This document shows, one piece after another, positions 1 through 12,954 of a stretch of 64,000 bases of DNA. Location: assembly GCA_964016885.1 (NCBI GenBank), contig OZ024755.1, positions 39,060,001-39,124,000 on the forward strand. The letters are read 5' to 3'. Position 1 is the stretch's first letter. Each line of letters opens with the position of its first letter. The translations under genes and the position numbers were made by a program. Under the pieces are notes generated by a model that did not search any database, was not told where the DNA came from, and saw nothing but the letters and a program-made list of their open reading frames with translations. The stretch comes from Eledone cirrhosa (taxonomy: Eukaryota).

Positions 1-259
1 ATCGGCGAAGTTTAATTAGCATTGAACAACCAAACAGATAAGTCGCATGTACTCAGCACTGAATTCAAACACCTTTATTATTTAATTTAAGTGTCGGTAT
101 TTACCTAAACAAGCTCGAAGTACTCACAAATATAAAAAAGATATTTCAATATATCTGTGTCTTTTATACATGTCCAAAACTACGTTTATATACATTTATA
201 TACATATATACATTCATATACATATATACATTTATATACATATATACATTTATATACAC

Positions 260-660
260 ATCGTGGCTGCAAATTCTGCTAAGAGTACTGCAATTGCTTG
301 GGGTATTATAGAGTTTGGTGCACCTTTAAGCTACAGCCAGCCACACGAACCTGTAGCATATCCTGAACAAGCAATGTCTGCGCTTTGAATGCTTTTTAAG
401 TGTGGAAAGGCCTTGCACTCGACCAATCCCACTCTCTGAGCATCGAAAACACTACCTGGAAAGGAGAACTGGTCAACATCATCGGATGTTTCCGAAGCCG
501 CAGGTTTTTTTTCTTCAGAGTTTCCCTCTCCTAGAAAGGTGTTGTGACAACAACTGGGGGCCTTTGATTTGTATCCAATTGTAATGCAAGATAGGACGGT
601 CTCATCAGGTAACTTCGGCAGAATTACAAAACATTACGTAGAACCCATATGTATCATGGA
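260..660 (-). mobile_element. Decayed non-LTR retrotransposon 5' region (RTE-like 5'UTR)
   Basis: Colinear similarity with 4680-4900 (cccactctc...gtcaacatcat...gagttt.cc.tctcctagaa). The minus strand reads CTAGGAGAGGGAAACTC, resembling the RTE 5'UTR motif. Confidence 0.45.
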
Positions 661-720
661 AGACAGGTAAAAGACAAAACCACCAGTTCTACACTTGGTG
701 ATCAAAATATACACACACAC

Positions 721-752
<32 letters not shown>

Positions 753-755
<3 letters not shown>

Positions 756-857
756 TTTTAATATAGATGAGATTCTACAGGACTAGAACTGTTTCATTGT
801 TTAGAAATCATCAGTACCTTACTTACTGTGGTTACCTCCGATTCAACCCGGAATAAC

Positions 858-860
<3 letters not shown>
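753..860. mobile_element. HHR-bearing mini-element, family B, internally inverted
   Basis: 753-814 is the reverse complement of the HHR half of 41795-41930. About 813-860 matches its 3' half in forward orientation. Flanked by (TA)n. Confidence 0.7.
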
Positions 861-905
<45 letters not shown>

Positions 906-908
<3 letters not shown>

Positions 909-1170
909 AAAGTTCTATTTAAATTGTTGGGATACAACAAGCAAATATTTTTATAACTGATATAAAGCACTCAACAAGTATTTGGAGTAAACATACGATA
1001 TTAACAAATGGAAGCTATATTTATAAAACCATATTTATTTCATTATACATATTTCAAGGACACCAAGTTAAATTATGGTGTGCTTTCATCAGACAAAATA
1101 TAATATAGATCAGTTTTATAAATAAATATTGACATACCCTTAAAAAATGCAACCATTACTGTTGGAAGCT
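906..1170 (-). mobile_element. HHR-bearing PLE-like element, family C
   Basis: Homologous to 39195-39545 and 53530-53870. 906-990 is inverted relative to the 39.5 kb copy. Lies between (TA)n tracts. Confidence 0.65.
1036..1100 (-). ncRNA. Type I hammerhead ribozyme (family C)
   Basis: Minus strand: tattttgt-CTGATGA-aag c acacca..tggtgt c ctt-GAAA-tatgta-TA-atgaaata. Stems I and II pair. Confidence 0.65.
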
Positions 1171-1189
1171 CATATATATATATATATAT

Positions 1190-1390
1190 GAGTTCCGGGT
1201 TCCATAGGGGGTAACCACAGTAAGTAAGGTACTCGATCCATTAGTAGATGGTAAACACCCTGTTCAATATAGAAATGGCTTCTACAGGACTAGAACTATT
1301 TCATTCAAAAGAAATCATCAGGAAAGACCTGGTGATTTCTTTTGAATGAAATAGTTTTACTCCTGTAAACACCATCTCTAGATTAAACAT
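1190..1390 (-). mobile_element. Fold-back family B mini-element with HHR at about 1280-1324 (-)
   Basis: Minus strand: ttc-CTGATGA-tttcttttgaat-GAAA-tag ttctagtc ctg-TA-gaa. A decayed inverted arm follows at 1328-1390. Confidence 0.6.
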
Positions 1391-1930
<540 letters not shown>

Positions 1931-2112
1931 TCAGAAATTGCCACGTGGTAGCGTATTTCTTGTCCTGCACTGTTAACCTGAACAGCAACATGCTTCGGCG
2001 GGGGCTTGAGCGTCTGAGCAGCAGTTTTTGAGGAAGGGTCTAGAAAAGGTGCCCTATACAAAGCCTGTTCCGTCATCAAACTGACCAGCAGCCGGCAGTT
2101 GACGGTAGATCA

Positions 2113-2295
2113 TAATTGCTTCTACTTTTGGCACAAGGCCAGCAATTATCCAGTACATTACTGGTACTTTATTTTATCGACCCCGTAAGGATGAAAGGCA
2201 AAGTTAACCTCGACGGGATTTGAACTCAAACCGTAAAGGGACGTAACTATGCTAGAAAGCATGGCGTCCAACCCTCTACTGATACTGCCAATTCA
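2113..2295 (-). mobile_element. tRNA-derived SINE (main family, Meta-like core)
   Basis: A box TGGCAGTATC, B box GAGTTCAAATCC, core GCCTTTCATCCTTACGGGGTCGATAAAATAAAGTACCAG, tail GCTGGCCTTGTGCCAAAAGTAG. Confidence 0.85.
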
Positions 2296-2383
2296 CATAA
2301 TAATAGGGAATTCGTTGAAGAGATGGCCGTCGTCTGTAAAGTGGCAGTCATGATCTCTCTCTCTATATATACATATTATATAT

Positions 2384-2448
2384 ATTCTGATGAACGATTT
2401 CAGACGTCTCTGTTGAGCTCGCCTGTCTTCGTGAAACCTTTGGTAAAT
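2384..2448 (+). ncRNA. Type I hammerhead ribozyme (family A) at the head of mini-element 2384-2540
   Basis: att-CTGATGA-acga...tcgt-GAAA-cc ttt gg-TA-aat. Homologous to 61878-62045. Confidence 0.65.
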
Positions 2449-2891
2449 GGAATAATTGATTTGTGTTGTTTATTACATAATTAAATAGCTCTGTAGCATA
2501 CAGAGCACTCTCCCTTCCTTTACCCTTCCTACGGAAAGGCTTTATATATATACACACATGTAAGGGCATTAACTCTGACACAGCTTTGTATATGAAATAC
2601 GTGAAGTTGTATATCTGGCGATATACGGTATGTTTATAAATAAACATTTTGAAACTGATGGTGTAGCGCCATCTCGTGTCTTTCAACAGAAGCTAAGTAC
2701 GGGTAGCTAGCGTTGATGACGTCATCATTTCTGGCTCTGGTCGTTATCAAGCTAGCACTGCGGACTGCTGGAACTTAATATAAACTAAAACATAATTTGT
2801 ATTGCATTCTAAGTCGCTTGGTAACGCCATGCAAACCGAGATAAACACCGACCCGATGAGCTCCGGGCTCGAGACAGACTTTAGTCACACG

Positions 2892-2942
<51 letters not shown>

Positions 2943-3140
2943 AGAGTGTAACGCGGAGTTACTGTAGGTTCACCCGGGTGAGCACTCGACGTTTAGGTTC
3001 ACGTCAGTAGCGAGGTGTAGAGCTAGACAGGGTGTAATATAATAATACAAGAACGAATGGTTGCTCCTTCATTACGTTTATTGGTTGGCGCTCTGTGTTT
3101 CGTTATTGATCAGCTCAAGGTTCGATATGTATCGATGTGG

Positions 3141-3216
3141 AATCAAAAGCTCGTCGGACCGCTGTAGTAGTAGTAATGACATTACTACTACAGAGGTCCG
3201 ACGAGCTTTTGATTCT
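3141..3216. repeat. About 75-bp hairpin (inverted repeat)
   Basis: gaatcaaaagctcgtcggacc...ggtccgacgagcttttgattc with an inner tagtagtaatg/cattactacta stem. Confidence 0.8.
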
Positions 3217-3339
3217 AGAGTCAGGCCAAAATACAAGCTGTGACCTTTTCGATGACTCTTCCCCTCTGTGTCTCATCTTACTCCATTCTTACACTGTCTG
3301 TCTCTCATCTTTCATGGTCTCAGACAGAAAGAAAAAAAA

Positions 3340-3518
3340 TTAATTCTACTTTTGGCACAAGGCCAGCAATTATCCCAGTGTATTACTGGTACTTTATTTT
3401 ATCGACCCCGTAAGGATGAAAGGTAAAGTTAACCTCGGCGGGATTTGAACTCAGAATGGCAAGGGCCGTAAATCTATGCTGGAAAGCATGGCGTCCGACC
3501 CTCTACCGATACTGCCAA
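3340..3518 (-). mobile_element. tRNA-derived SINE (main family)
   Basis: Near-full match to the family consensus. Confidence 0.85.
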
Positions 3519-4183
3519 AATAATACAAAGTTGGAGTAAGTGATGCCAATGAGGAGATACAAGGGAGCAACAGTCATCGATAAGGTGACAGACTATGACG
3601 AAAGGATTTTAACGATTAACTAATTAGTTAATAAACAGCCCCCTATAGCAACATCCACATCCCAATTACCACCCTTTCTCATTTCAACCTTGTATTTACG
3701 AAGAAATATGCACATGCCTACCCCAAATTAGATATCTTTCCAGAGTTTCCGCCCACATCAAATCCTTTACTTTCTCTTCGCTTAATTTAAATTTCCTGCC
3801 AGTTTTGGTCTATTAACGGCTTTTCCCATGTATGCAGTAACTCGTCTTCCGCTCATTTTTATTTATTATACCATTTCCATCACTCCTTTCTTATCGCTTA
3901 TTTTTTCTTTTTCTTCGACATTTTACTAATTATCTTCATCCCTTGCTATGATTTTAAAACATACTTTCCATTGACTCTACACCTGTTATATTGCTGATAA
4001 ATGATAGATAAGGAATTCGTTAAGTTAGAAGTGTTAGTTCCCTCTGAGAAGAACATGCATAAAATATAATGCTCAACTCATAAGGAATAAAGTGTATGGA
4101 ATAAAACCACAAAGTTCCATTTAAAATCTGGATTTCTTTGATTCTATAGACGAGTTTAACTATCTTTTCATCTGTACACACAT

Positions 4184-4220
<37 letters not shown>

Positions 4221-4400
4221 CATTTATATATATATACATATATGTATATACATTTATATATATACATATATGTATATATAAATCTGTGTATATATATGCC
4301 TATATATATATGTTTATATATATACGTACATACACACACACAAACATAAGATCTTATTAGAATATATTTGTGCCTTTATAATGTCCAAAAATAAATTTAT

Positions 4401-4433
<33 letters not shown>

Positions 4434-4522
4434 CATACATACATATACACACATATATATATATTTCTCTCTCTCTATATATATATACATACATACATAC
4501 AAACATACATACATATACATAT

Positions 4523-5120
4523 GGTGGCTGCCAACTCGTTTTCGAGTACGGCCACTACTTTATATCCATGTAGGAGAACCCCTACCGATGCGCTGAACGA
4601 GTGTGACTTTTTAGTCCAGCCAGCGACTTGAAAACTGGTACAAACACTACACTTGTGACAATTATTGACACATAGTGCTGGGCCCATGGTACCATGTGAC
4701 AAGTGCAGAGAGATCTCCAGATATAAAGCAATGCCCGTGCCGTGAAGCTTTTATAGTGAGCAAAGGCACTGCACAAAGCCAGTCCCACTCTCTTAACCAA
4801 GATGATATTTACCAAAAAGAAGAACAAGTCAACATCATTGGATACCATCAGGGTCGCAGGTGTTATATGAGAGTTTTCCTTCTCCTAGAATTCTGCCTTG
4901 ACAAAGGCTAAGGGGTCATCTCTCCCGGTGATTTTGGATGGCCATTGACTCTTAAGAGCTCCTTTGCCCTTTGACAGGTTTTGTTTTTAGTCCTGCAAGA
5001 TGTCCAAAGTCACCCTCATCACCAAGAAACCTTGGTGGGGTTGCCAGTTTAGTCGCCAACGACCCGACCATGGGACAGGTTGTACTGGGATACATGTTAC
5101 CAGTAGCACCAACTGGTACA
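4523..5120 (-). mobile_element. RTE-like LINE 5' region
   Basis: Minus-strand CTAGGAGAAGGAAAACTC motif. 4935-5120 is homologous to the split element at 29641-29731 plus 36261-36358. Confidence 0.55.
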
Positions 5121-5253
5121 TATATATCTACATATATATATAAATACATATAGTCGTTAGTATATAGAGGCGACAAGTGATATTTCCCATGCAGAAGTGA
5201 TGGATGAACAATTTTCAAATATAGGAATTGAGATTGGTTTTAAGATGCATTAG

Positions 5254-5585
5254 CTGCGGCGGCTGGTTCATTAAGATGCGGCGGCTGGTACATCATAGTG
5301 CGGTGGCTTGGGTAACATAGTGCGGCGGCTTGGGCATCATAGTACGGCGGCGAGGGCATCATAGTGCGGCGGCTTGTACATTATAGTGCGGCGGCTTGTA
5401 CATTATAGTGCGGCGGCTTGTACACTATAGTGCGGCGGCTTGTACACTACAGTGCGGCGGCTTGTACACTACAGTGCGGCGGCTGGTACACTATAGTGCG
5501 GCGGCGGGTACACTATAGTGCGGCGGCTGATACACTATAGTGCGGCGGCTTGTACACTATAGTGCGGCAGCTGGTACACTAAAGT
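5254..5585. repeat. 22-bp GC-rich minisatellite (tagtgcggcggcttgtacacta), about 14 copies
   Basis: Direct tandem periodicity. Confidence 0.9.
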
Positions 5586-5681
5586 GGAGAGGTTCTTATG
5601 ATTCTCCATCTATTTCAAGGCATTAGAAATGTTTTTGTTTTTTGTTTTTTTTGTCAGACCCAACTAATGATTCTCTCCACG

Positions 5682-5860
5682 ATAATTGTTTCTACTTTAG
5701 GCACAAGGCCAGCAATTACGCAGTACATTGCTGGTACTTTATTTTATCGACCCCGTAAGGATGAAAGGTAAAGTTAACCTCTGCGGGATTTGAACTCAGA
5801 TCGTAAAGGGACGTAACTATGCTGGAACGCCTGACGTCCGACTCTCTACCGATACTGCCT
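5682..5860 (-). mobile_element. tRNA-derived SINE (main family)
   Basis: Consensus match. Confidence 0.85.
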
Positions 5861-5876
5861 GATATATATTATATTA

Positions 5877-6053
5877 TGGCAGTATCGGTGAACGGTCGGA
5901 CGCCATGCTTTCCAGCATAGTTACGTCCCTTTACGACCTGAGTTCAAATCCCGCCGAGGTTGACTTTGCCTTTCATCCTTAACGGGTCGATAAAATAAAT
6001 TACCAGTAATGCACTGGGAAATTGCTGGCCTTGTGCCTAAAGTAGAAACAATT
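5877..6053 (+). mobile_element. tRNA-derived SINE (main family), head-to-head with the previous copy
   Basis: Consensus match with A and B boxes. Confidence 0.85.
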
Positions 6054-6071
6054 ATATTATTAGAACAAAAA

Positions 6072-6976
6072 TAATTGTTTCTACTTTTGGCACAAGGCCA
6101 GCAAATATCCTCAGATTATAAACGGCCGTAACTCTATGCTGGAAAGCATGGCGTCCGACCCTCTACCGATACTGCCAATAATGGCGTCCGACACTTTACC
6201 GATACTGCCAATCCACCACCCTATCACGGCGTCCGATCTTCTACCGATACAGCCAATCCACCGCCCTATCATGGCGTCCGACCCTCTACCGATACTGCCA
6301 GTCCACCGCCCTATCATGGCGTCCGACCCTCTACCGATACTGCCAGTCCACCGCCCTATCATGGCGTCCGACCCTCTACCGATACTGCCAATCACTGCCC
6401 TATCATGGCGTCAGACCCTCTACCGATACTGCCAATCCACCACCCTATCATGGCGTCCGATCTTCTACCGATACTGCCAATCCACAGCCCTATCATGGCG
6501 TCCGATCTTCTACCGATACTGCCAATCCACCACCCTATCATGGCGTCCGATCTTCTACCGATACTGCCAATCTACCGCCCTATCATGGCGTCCGATCTTC
6601 TACCGATACTGCCAGTCCACAGCCCTATCATGGCGTCCGATCTTCTACCGATACTGCCAATCCACCGCCCTGTCATGGCGTCCGATCTTCTACCGATACT
6701 GCCAATCCACCGCCCTGTCATGGCGTCCGATCTTCTACTGATACTGCCAATCCACAGCCCTATCATGGCGTCCGATCTTCTACCGATACTGCCAATCCAC
6801 CGCCCTGTCATGGCGTCCGATCTTCTACCGATACTGCCAATCCACCGCCCTATCATGGCGTCCGATCTTCTACCGATACTGCCAATCCACCGCCCTGTCA
6901 TGGCGTCCGATCTTCTACCGATACTGTCAATCCACAGCCCTATCATGGCGTCCGATCTTCTACCGATACTGCCAAT
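6072..6976 (-). repeat. Internally deleted SINE whose 5' head is amplified as a 45-bp minisatellite (about 18 copies)
   Basis: The unit atcatggcgtccgatcttctaccgatactgccaatccaccgccct is essentially the reverse complement of the SINE's first ~45 nt. Confidence 0.9.
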
Positions 6977-7073
6977 CTATGAATCTTTATTCTAATGTCT
7001 GCTGGAATAAACTAATAGATAAATTACAAAAAAAAAAAAACAAGAGAAAAAACTCAGCAACGGAATACTGGAA

Positions 7074-7355
<282 letters not shown>

Positions 7356-7596
7356 GCACAAAATCATGCAATTCTGTTCACACATTGGAAGAATACGTTT
7401 TTATGTAATACCATCTTAATATTCAATCAGTGAAGCAGCCGCACACCCATACCTCTATACACACAGGTATATATATGAGGGTGTGCGTGTACGTGTATAT
7501 ACGTGTGTACGTGTGTGTATGTGTGTCTATGTGTGTATACGTACGTGTACGTGTGTTTGTGTGTGTATGTGTGTGTATGTATTTGTAAATAGATAA

Positions 7597-7692
7597 TAAT
7601 TGTTTCTACATTTGGTACAAGGCCAGCAATTACCCAGTACATTACTGGTACTTTATTTTATCGACCCCGTAAGGATGAAAGGCAAATTGACC
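7597..7692 (-). mobile_element. SINE 3' half (main family)
   Basis: Core and tail match. Confidence 0.8.
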
Positions 7693-7829
7693 CTTATTTT
7701 TCCTTTTGTAAGTTTTCTCTTGCAATCATTGCCAGGTGAAACGTTAACTGGCTTCAGATCAGTCCTTGATCTGAGATTCTCCATATATCGCATCGGATTC
7801 TGGTAGTGTTAGTCAGGGTAGAAATATGG

Positions 7830-8200
7830 GGATCAAAAGGTTTTTGACACGGGCCATCATTGCCTCAGTCACCCACCTTTCAACAAACTGTCTGGAAAGC
7901 AACACTTCCCTCTCCGCCCTGATTTTTCTTTTTAGGTGAAACCTGAAAAAGTTAATGAGAGCGTCGCCGAAGAGGAAAATGCCGTTTCCAACACTTTCAG
8001 ACGCGTTCACCATACGAACCATTTCACCATGGCCACTAGACAGATAAAAACTGCCTGCATTTCCTGGTTAAAGAAGGGCGGCGGGGCAATCTTGATGGTG
8101 GACTCAGCTGATAATCGGATCCGTCCTACACACAAGCCAGCGATACTCGGACACTGGACGAATGCTTGCAGGACAGTCTCAGATTGGATGCTGAAACGCC
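7830..8200 (-). mobile_element. Tx1/L1-like LINE ORF2 C-terminal remnant
   Basis: SETVLQAFVQCP (decayed CCHC knuckle ET..H.F..CP), then VAMVKWFVW and, after a frameshift, LINFFRFHLKRKIRAERE...FVERW. Confidence 0.55.
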
Positions 8201-8498
8201 TTGAAAAACATAAAAGGAGGAAGTTTTCCAGCTGTTCGATCAACAGAACAGCCTGCTTTGGAAGTGGCTGAGTATTCCAGAGACATGTGAAAACTATGTA
8301 AGACAGGAAATATATGTAGAGTCGACTGGTTTCCAAACAACTTCTGTTTAGCCAATTTCTCTTACGATGCTAGGCTTGACCTCAGGATAGGGTAAACGAT
8401 ATGGCTCTTTCAACGCCTCTCCCTCACCAACCTCCGGGGAAACACCTTCTCTATCCTGCCTACCGGGGCCACGGGGCGGCCAGCGTGTGGGGCCCATA

Positions 8499-8617
8499 CC
8501 TTAACCTTAACACTTACCCTAAGCGTAACCCTACCCTACTCCTAACCCTTAACTTAATCCTAACACTAATTCTTACCCTAACATTAACCTTACTCTAACC
8601 ATTACCCCAACTCTAAA
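8499..8617. repeat. Degenerate telomere-like (CCCTAA)n tract
   Basis: About 19 hexamers such as ccttaa/ccctaa/cactaa/ctctaa. Confidence 0.75.
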
Positions 8618-8992
8618 CGACCCCCCCCCCCCACACACACACAGACACACATAGAACACACGTAGTCATTACAAACACAAAAACATATACACTGCGATAC
8701 AATGGTATCGAACTCGGGAGCTATTGATTGAGAATCGAACTTCTTAAGCATTCTGCTATTGTCACATGTGTGTGGTAAACAGAAGATAAACTACAAGATG
8801 AAGCAATTTACCTTCAAAGATGGCGGCAGAACCAGATTTCAGGTAAAGTTTTAATCTTTTTGTATGAAGAAATGCTTTTATCTCATCAGAGCCTAATGGA
8901 TTTACCGAAGAATAAATACAAATTATGTCTTTCACTCACATCATATCTATATTCTCTATTTATATAGCAATCTCTCTATATCCCCCCCCCCA

Positions 8993-9024
<32 letters not shown>

Positions 9025-9029
9025 TATAT

Positions 9030-9785
9030 AGTATAAAAGAGAAAACACAGGTAAGCATTAAGAGAAGGATTTTATCCAGATATTTACGACCGTTTCATTG
9101 GTAAGTGCTACCTTATATTGCTATACTGCAAATAGCAGCCACTCAATTATAATTGTTGTTCACAGTCCAAATTTTCAAAATAGTGAGTTACTCTTGAAAT
9201 AATTCTTAATATATAGAGAAAAACATTTATTTGGAATTGTATTTACTAGTATAGAGAGAGAGGAATCAGAAGGTGAGGGGACAGACGGAATAGTATAGAG
9301 AGAGAGGAAGGAGGAAGAGTTAGGAAGTAGAGTGACAAACAGTTTGTCACTCTACTTCCTACCTCTTCCCCTTTCCTCTCTCTCTATACCATTCCATCTG
9401 TCCTCTCACCTCCTGATTCCTCTCTCTCTATACTAGTAAATACAATTCCAAATAAATGTTTTTCTCTATATATTAAGAATTATTTCAAGAGTAACTCACT
9501 ATTTTGAAAATTTGGACTGTGAACAACAATTATAATTGAGTGGCTGCTATTTGCAGTATAGCAATATAAGGTAGCACTTACCAATGAAACGGTCGTAAAT
9601 ACCTGGATAAAATCCTTCTCTTAATGCTTACCTGTGTTTTCTCTTTTATACTTTATACTACAAGATTGAACGGAATTTTTACAAACTTGTGGAGTTACCC
9701 CTAACCGTACGTTGAAACCATCCATGAAACTGGCTTTCTTAACCACGAACTGGATCACAATAAGCAATTTTCTGCTTCCCTAACT
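9030..9785. mobile_element. 623-bp fold-back palindrome (9030-9652, centre 9341) with a ~130-bp one-sided tail
   Basis: Arms are near-identical reverse complements. Bounded by TA-rich tracts. Confidence 0.85.
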
Positions 9786-9983
9786 ATATATTATATATAT
9801 ATTATATATATATAATGTATGCCTGCATTTTCAAGTTTGCAAATGCAGTGTGTGTTGCATATATTCTTTCTTTGCATGCAATGATATACTGTGTATATAT
9901 ATATATATAAATAAATATATATATATAAATATAAGTATGTGTGTATACGTACATACATATATGTATACAGACGTACAGTAGCA

Positions 9984-10033
<50 letters not shown>

Positions 10034-10248
10034 CAGGTACACATACATATATGGACGTATCAGTTTAGCGGACGCTTATTACAACGCCGCTTTGTTCGTT
10101 TGTAAACAAACTGAACAGCCTGAATTTTATGCCGTACGGTGTTAAGGCAACCACGTATACCCTTCTATATCAAATATTTATACTCTGCTATGTATTGAGT
10201 ACCCTACTTACTGTGGTTACCCCCGATTGAACACGGTATACACCCCCC

Positions 10249-10285
<37 letters not shown>

Positions 10286-11912
10286 TCTCTCCCTTCTTTC
10301 TGTGACATCTTTACCTATCTATCAATCAATTAATTGGTATCTCTCTATCTATCTATGTATCTATGTGATCAATAGTGGGATCGAACCTGGTCCTTTAGAA
10401 TTGCGGAACGAACTTTTTGACAAGTGTCACTCTGCATCCCAAACAGTGAACTATAAGTCACCCCTTCAAAACCTAATTTGAGATGTTAATGTCTGCTTTT
10501 GGTATCTAAATTTATATTCCTGATGACATCCTGACGTATAATCCCCTCCTTCTCTTATTCTTACAACTCTTCTTTCTCTCCCTCTTCGCTCATTCTTTGA
10601 CAAATTCTTAAGTTAGAGAAGATCTGCGAATGCAATAATTCTCTTCCGTTGCCAGAGTCACACATGTCGTGATAAGCCGTTGGAGTATATTAGCAACATA
10701 AATTTATATATACTAATCCATCGCATCTGGCCTCGCCCGGTTATCCATCAGCTGATATGTTGAGGTTAGTGACATTCTATGTATAAAAGAGATTTTTGAA
10801 AATATCTATAAAAAATAAACCACAAAGAGTTTCCCGCTTGATATAACAATACAAATATTAAAGGTATTATCAATGGTTGATTTCGCTGCACAATAAACCA
10901 GTTGTTTTACCTTCTGTTGGTCGCATTTCAAGGGGGAATATACAGGGATAATGCTTGTCATGCGTACATTGTTTATAGCACCCTAAAGTAAAACATGATG
11001 AATCTTTCACTATTCCGTCCTTTACATCATTAAATCATTCTACTTTATGTATTTATTCATTCACTATAAATTTATATTCCTTTTTATCTGTATTTTTATT
11101 TCTATATATACCTTTCTCGTTTGGAAACCAAGAGATTATATCAAATGTCCGAATGTAAATTGAGAGGAAAGAGAAGACAGATGTTTCATTCAATGGCGTT
11201 TGTTTGTTTTACAAACCAAGTAGAAATTTGCAAAGAGTTAAATGATTAATTCCTTTCCGTCAACAATATATTCCTTATAGCTTTATCCTTAGAAGGCGTT
11301 GCAATAATTAGAATTGTTTTAATACGTTCTCAGAACATAGAGGATTAGGTTTACACTTACTGGTTGACGTGTAACCAGGTGGTCGTACAACATTGTAATA
11401 TGCTAGATAAAAATAATATGATGTAAAGGTGGAGAAGGCTTGAAGCGGTGACATTGTAAACGGAAATAATACGTCTTTATTTAAAATTAATGAATATAAA
11501 TTACTTTAAAATCCCTTACGATGTTAGCAGAAAGATAAGTTTAAGATTATTATTAAATACAATTATTTACTCAAACTCACTTGTTTGTTTCCAATGTATT
11601 TCAGTTTTATACTGTCAGGCTAATCCCTGAAGAGCGTCCGACAAAATTATTTCAGATATTTATTTCAGCTCTTTACATTCAGAGTTCCCACCGCTTTCCT
11701 GTCATTCTTCCGAGGTCAATTATTTTATCGAAGTATTGGGTTCAATATAATTTACCTTTCCTTCCCCCGAATTTGCTGGACTTGTGCCAATATAAGAAAG
11801 CATTGTTATTGATGTTGTTGTTGTCATTGTTTTCGTAGAAGATATATATTTAGAGAATGAGTTATAAGGAGTAGTCGAAACGTAATAGATTTGCACACGC
11901 ACACATATATAT

Positions 11913-11947
<35 letters not shown>

Positions 11948-12300
11948 GTATATTTGATAATATACTGTATGTTTATTTAAAAACATTTTGAGGGACCATT
12001 CGCTGTCAGTCTTAAAGTAGTGACTATGTCTCTTACTTAGTTTTGGCAAGAACAAAGGGAAGGAACCGACAGCTGTTTCTCGTTTGTTAACGGTTATCAA
12101 GATTGCTTATCCCTTCGCTTCTGCCGAGACTTATAGAAACTGGATTCTTATAGAATTCCACTGATGTTTAAGAACTGATTAAGCAGAGCAGTTTCCGGTC
12201 CAGCAAAAAAAATTAGGAATGTGTATCAGTACTCTGAAATAACGATGTATGTATGAATGTATGCATAGTATATTTGATAATATACTGCATGTATGTTTAT

Positions 12301-12352
<52 letters not shown>

Positions 12353-12699
12353 TTATATATTTATATATATAAAAGTTTTAAATTGGCTGAATGGAGATGT
12401 TCGTTTCTAACTGAGGGTTATATTTCAGATAAACTATTGTCCTGCTTCTTTGGAAAATATATATCTAAATAGAGAGTGGAATTGAAAGCAGAACTATTCA
12501 TATATTTCCATAGAAATTGTATAAACGAGGAAAATTAATAGAGAAGGGATAAATGGAAGTCAGAGAGAATAGTAGGATTTTTTAAATTAATATCTGTATT
12601 TAAATAAAAAAACAAACAAATGAGCCACAGAGGAACTTAATGTTGCCGATATACAATTAAACGAATTCCAATAGATCATCAAAAGAACAGCCCACTCAG

Positions 12700-12900
12700 G
12701 AAATTAAACTATAAGTGGCTGAGCATTCCACAGATACATGTACCTTTAATGTAATTCTCAAGGAGATTCAGCGTGACACAGTGCTCCAGGGGTACCCTTT
12801 TGAATTACAGACACTGTCCATCACTCATGCGCATGATGCGACGCAGAGGGATCGACATCGCGACCTGAAGGTTGCAAAGAAAACTCCTTAATCATTTAGT
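12700..12900. mobile_element. Older SINE family fragment
   Basis: gtggctgagcattccacagatacatgtacc..., similar to 61090-61190. tRNA-like GGGATCGA segment. Confidence 0.45.
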
Positions 12901-12954
12901 CCTGATGTGTCGATGGCGAAACAATGTCACACCGAAGTCAGTCGCAGAGAATAA

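Noticed and set aside
5040-5118. HDV-like ribozyme at the LINE 5' end
   Set aside because: Plausible for RTE/Ingi elements, but I could not fold a complete nested double pseudoknot by eye.
6111-6995. Repetitive ORFs (MASDLLPILPIH...)
   Set aside because: By-product of the 45-bp SINE-head minisatellite.
11625-11790. CTGAAGA core or possible exon
   Set aside because: No downstream GAAA or stems. The segment looks like an old decayed SINE on the minus strand.
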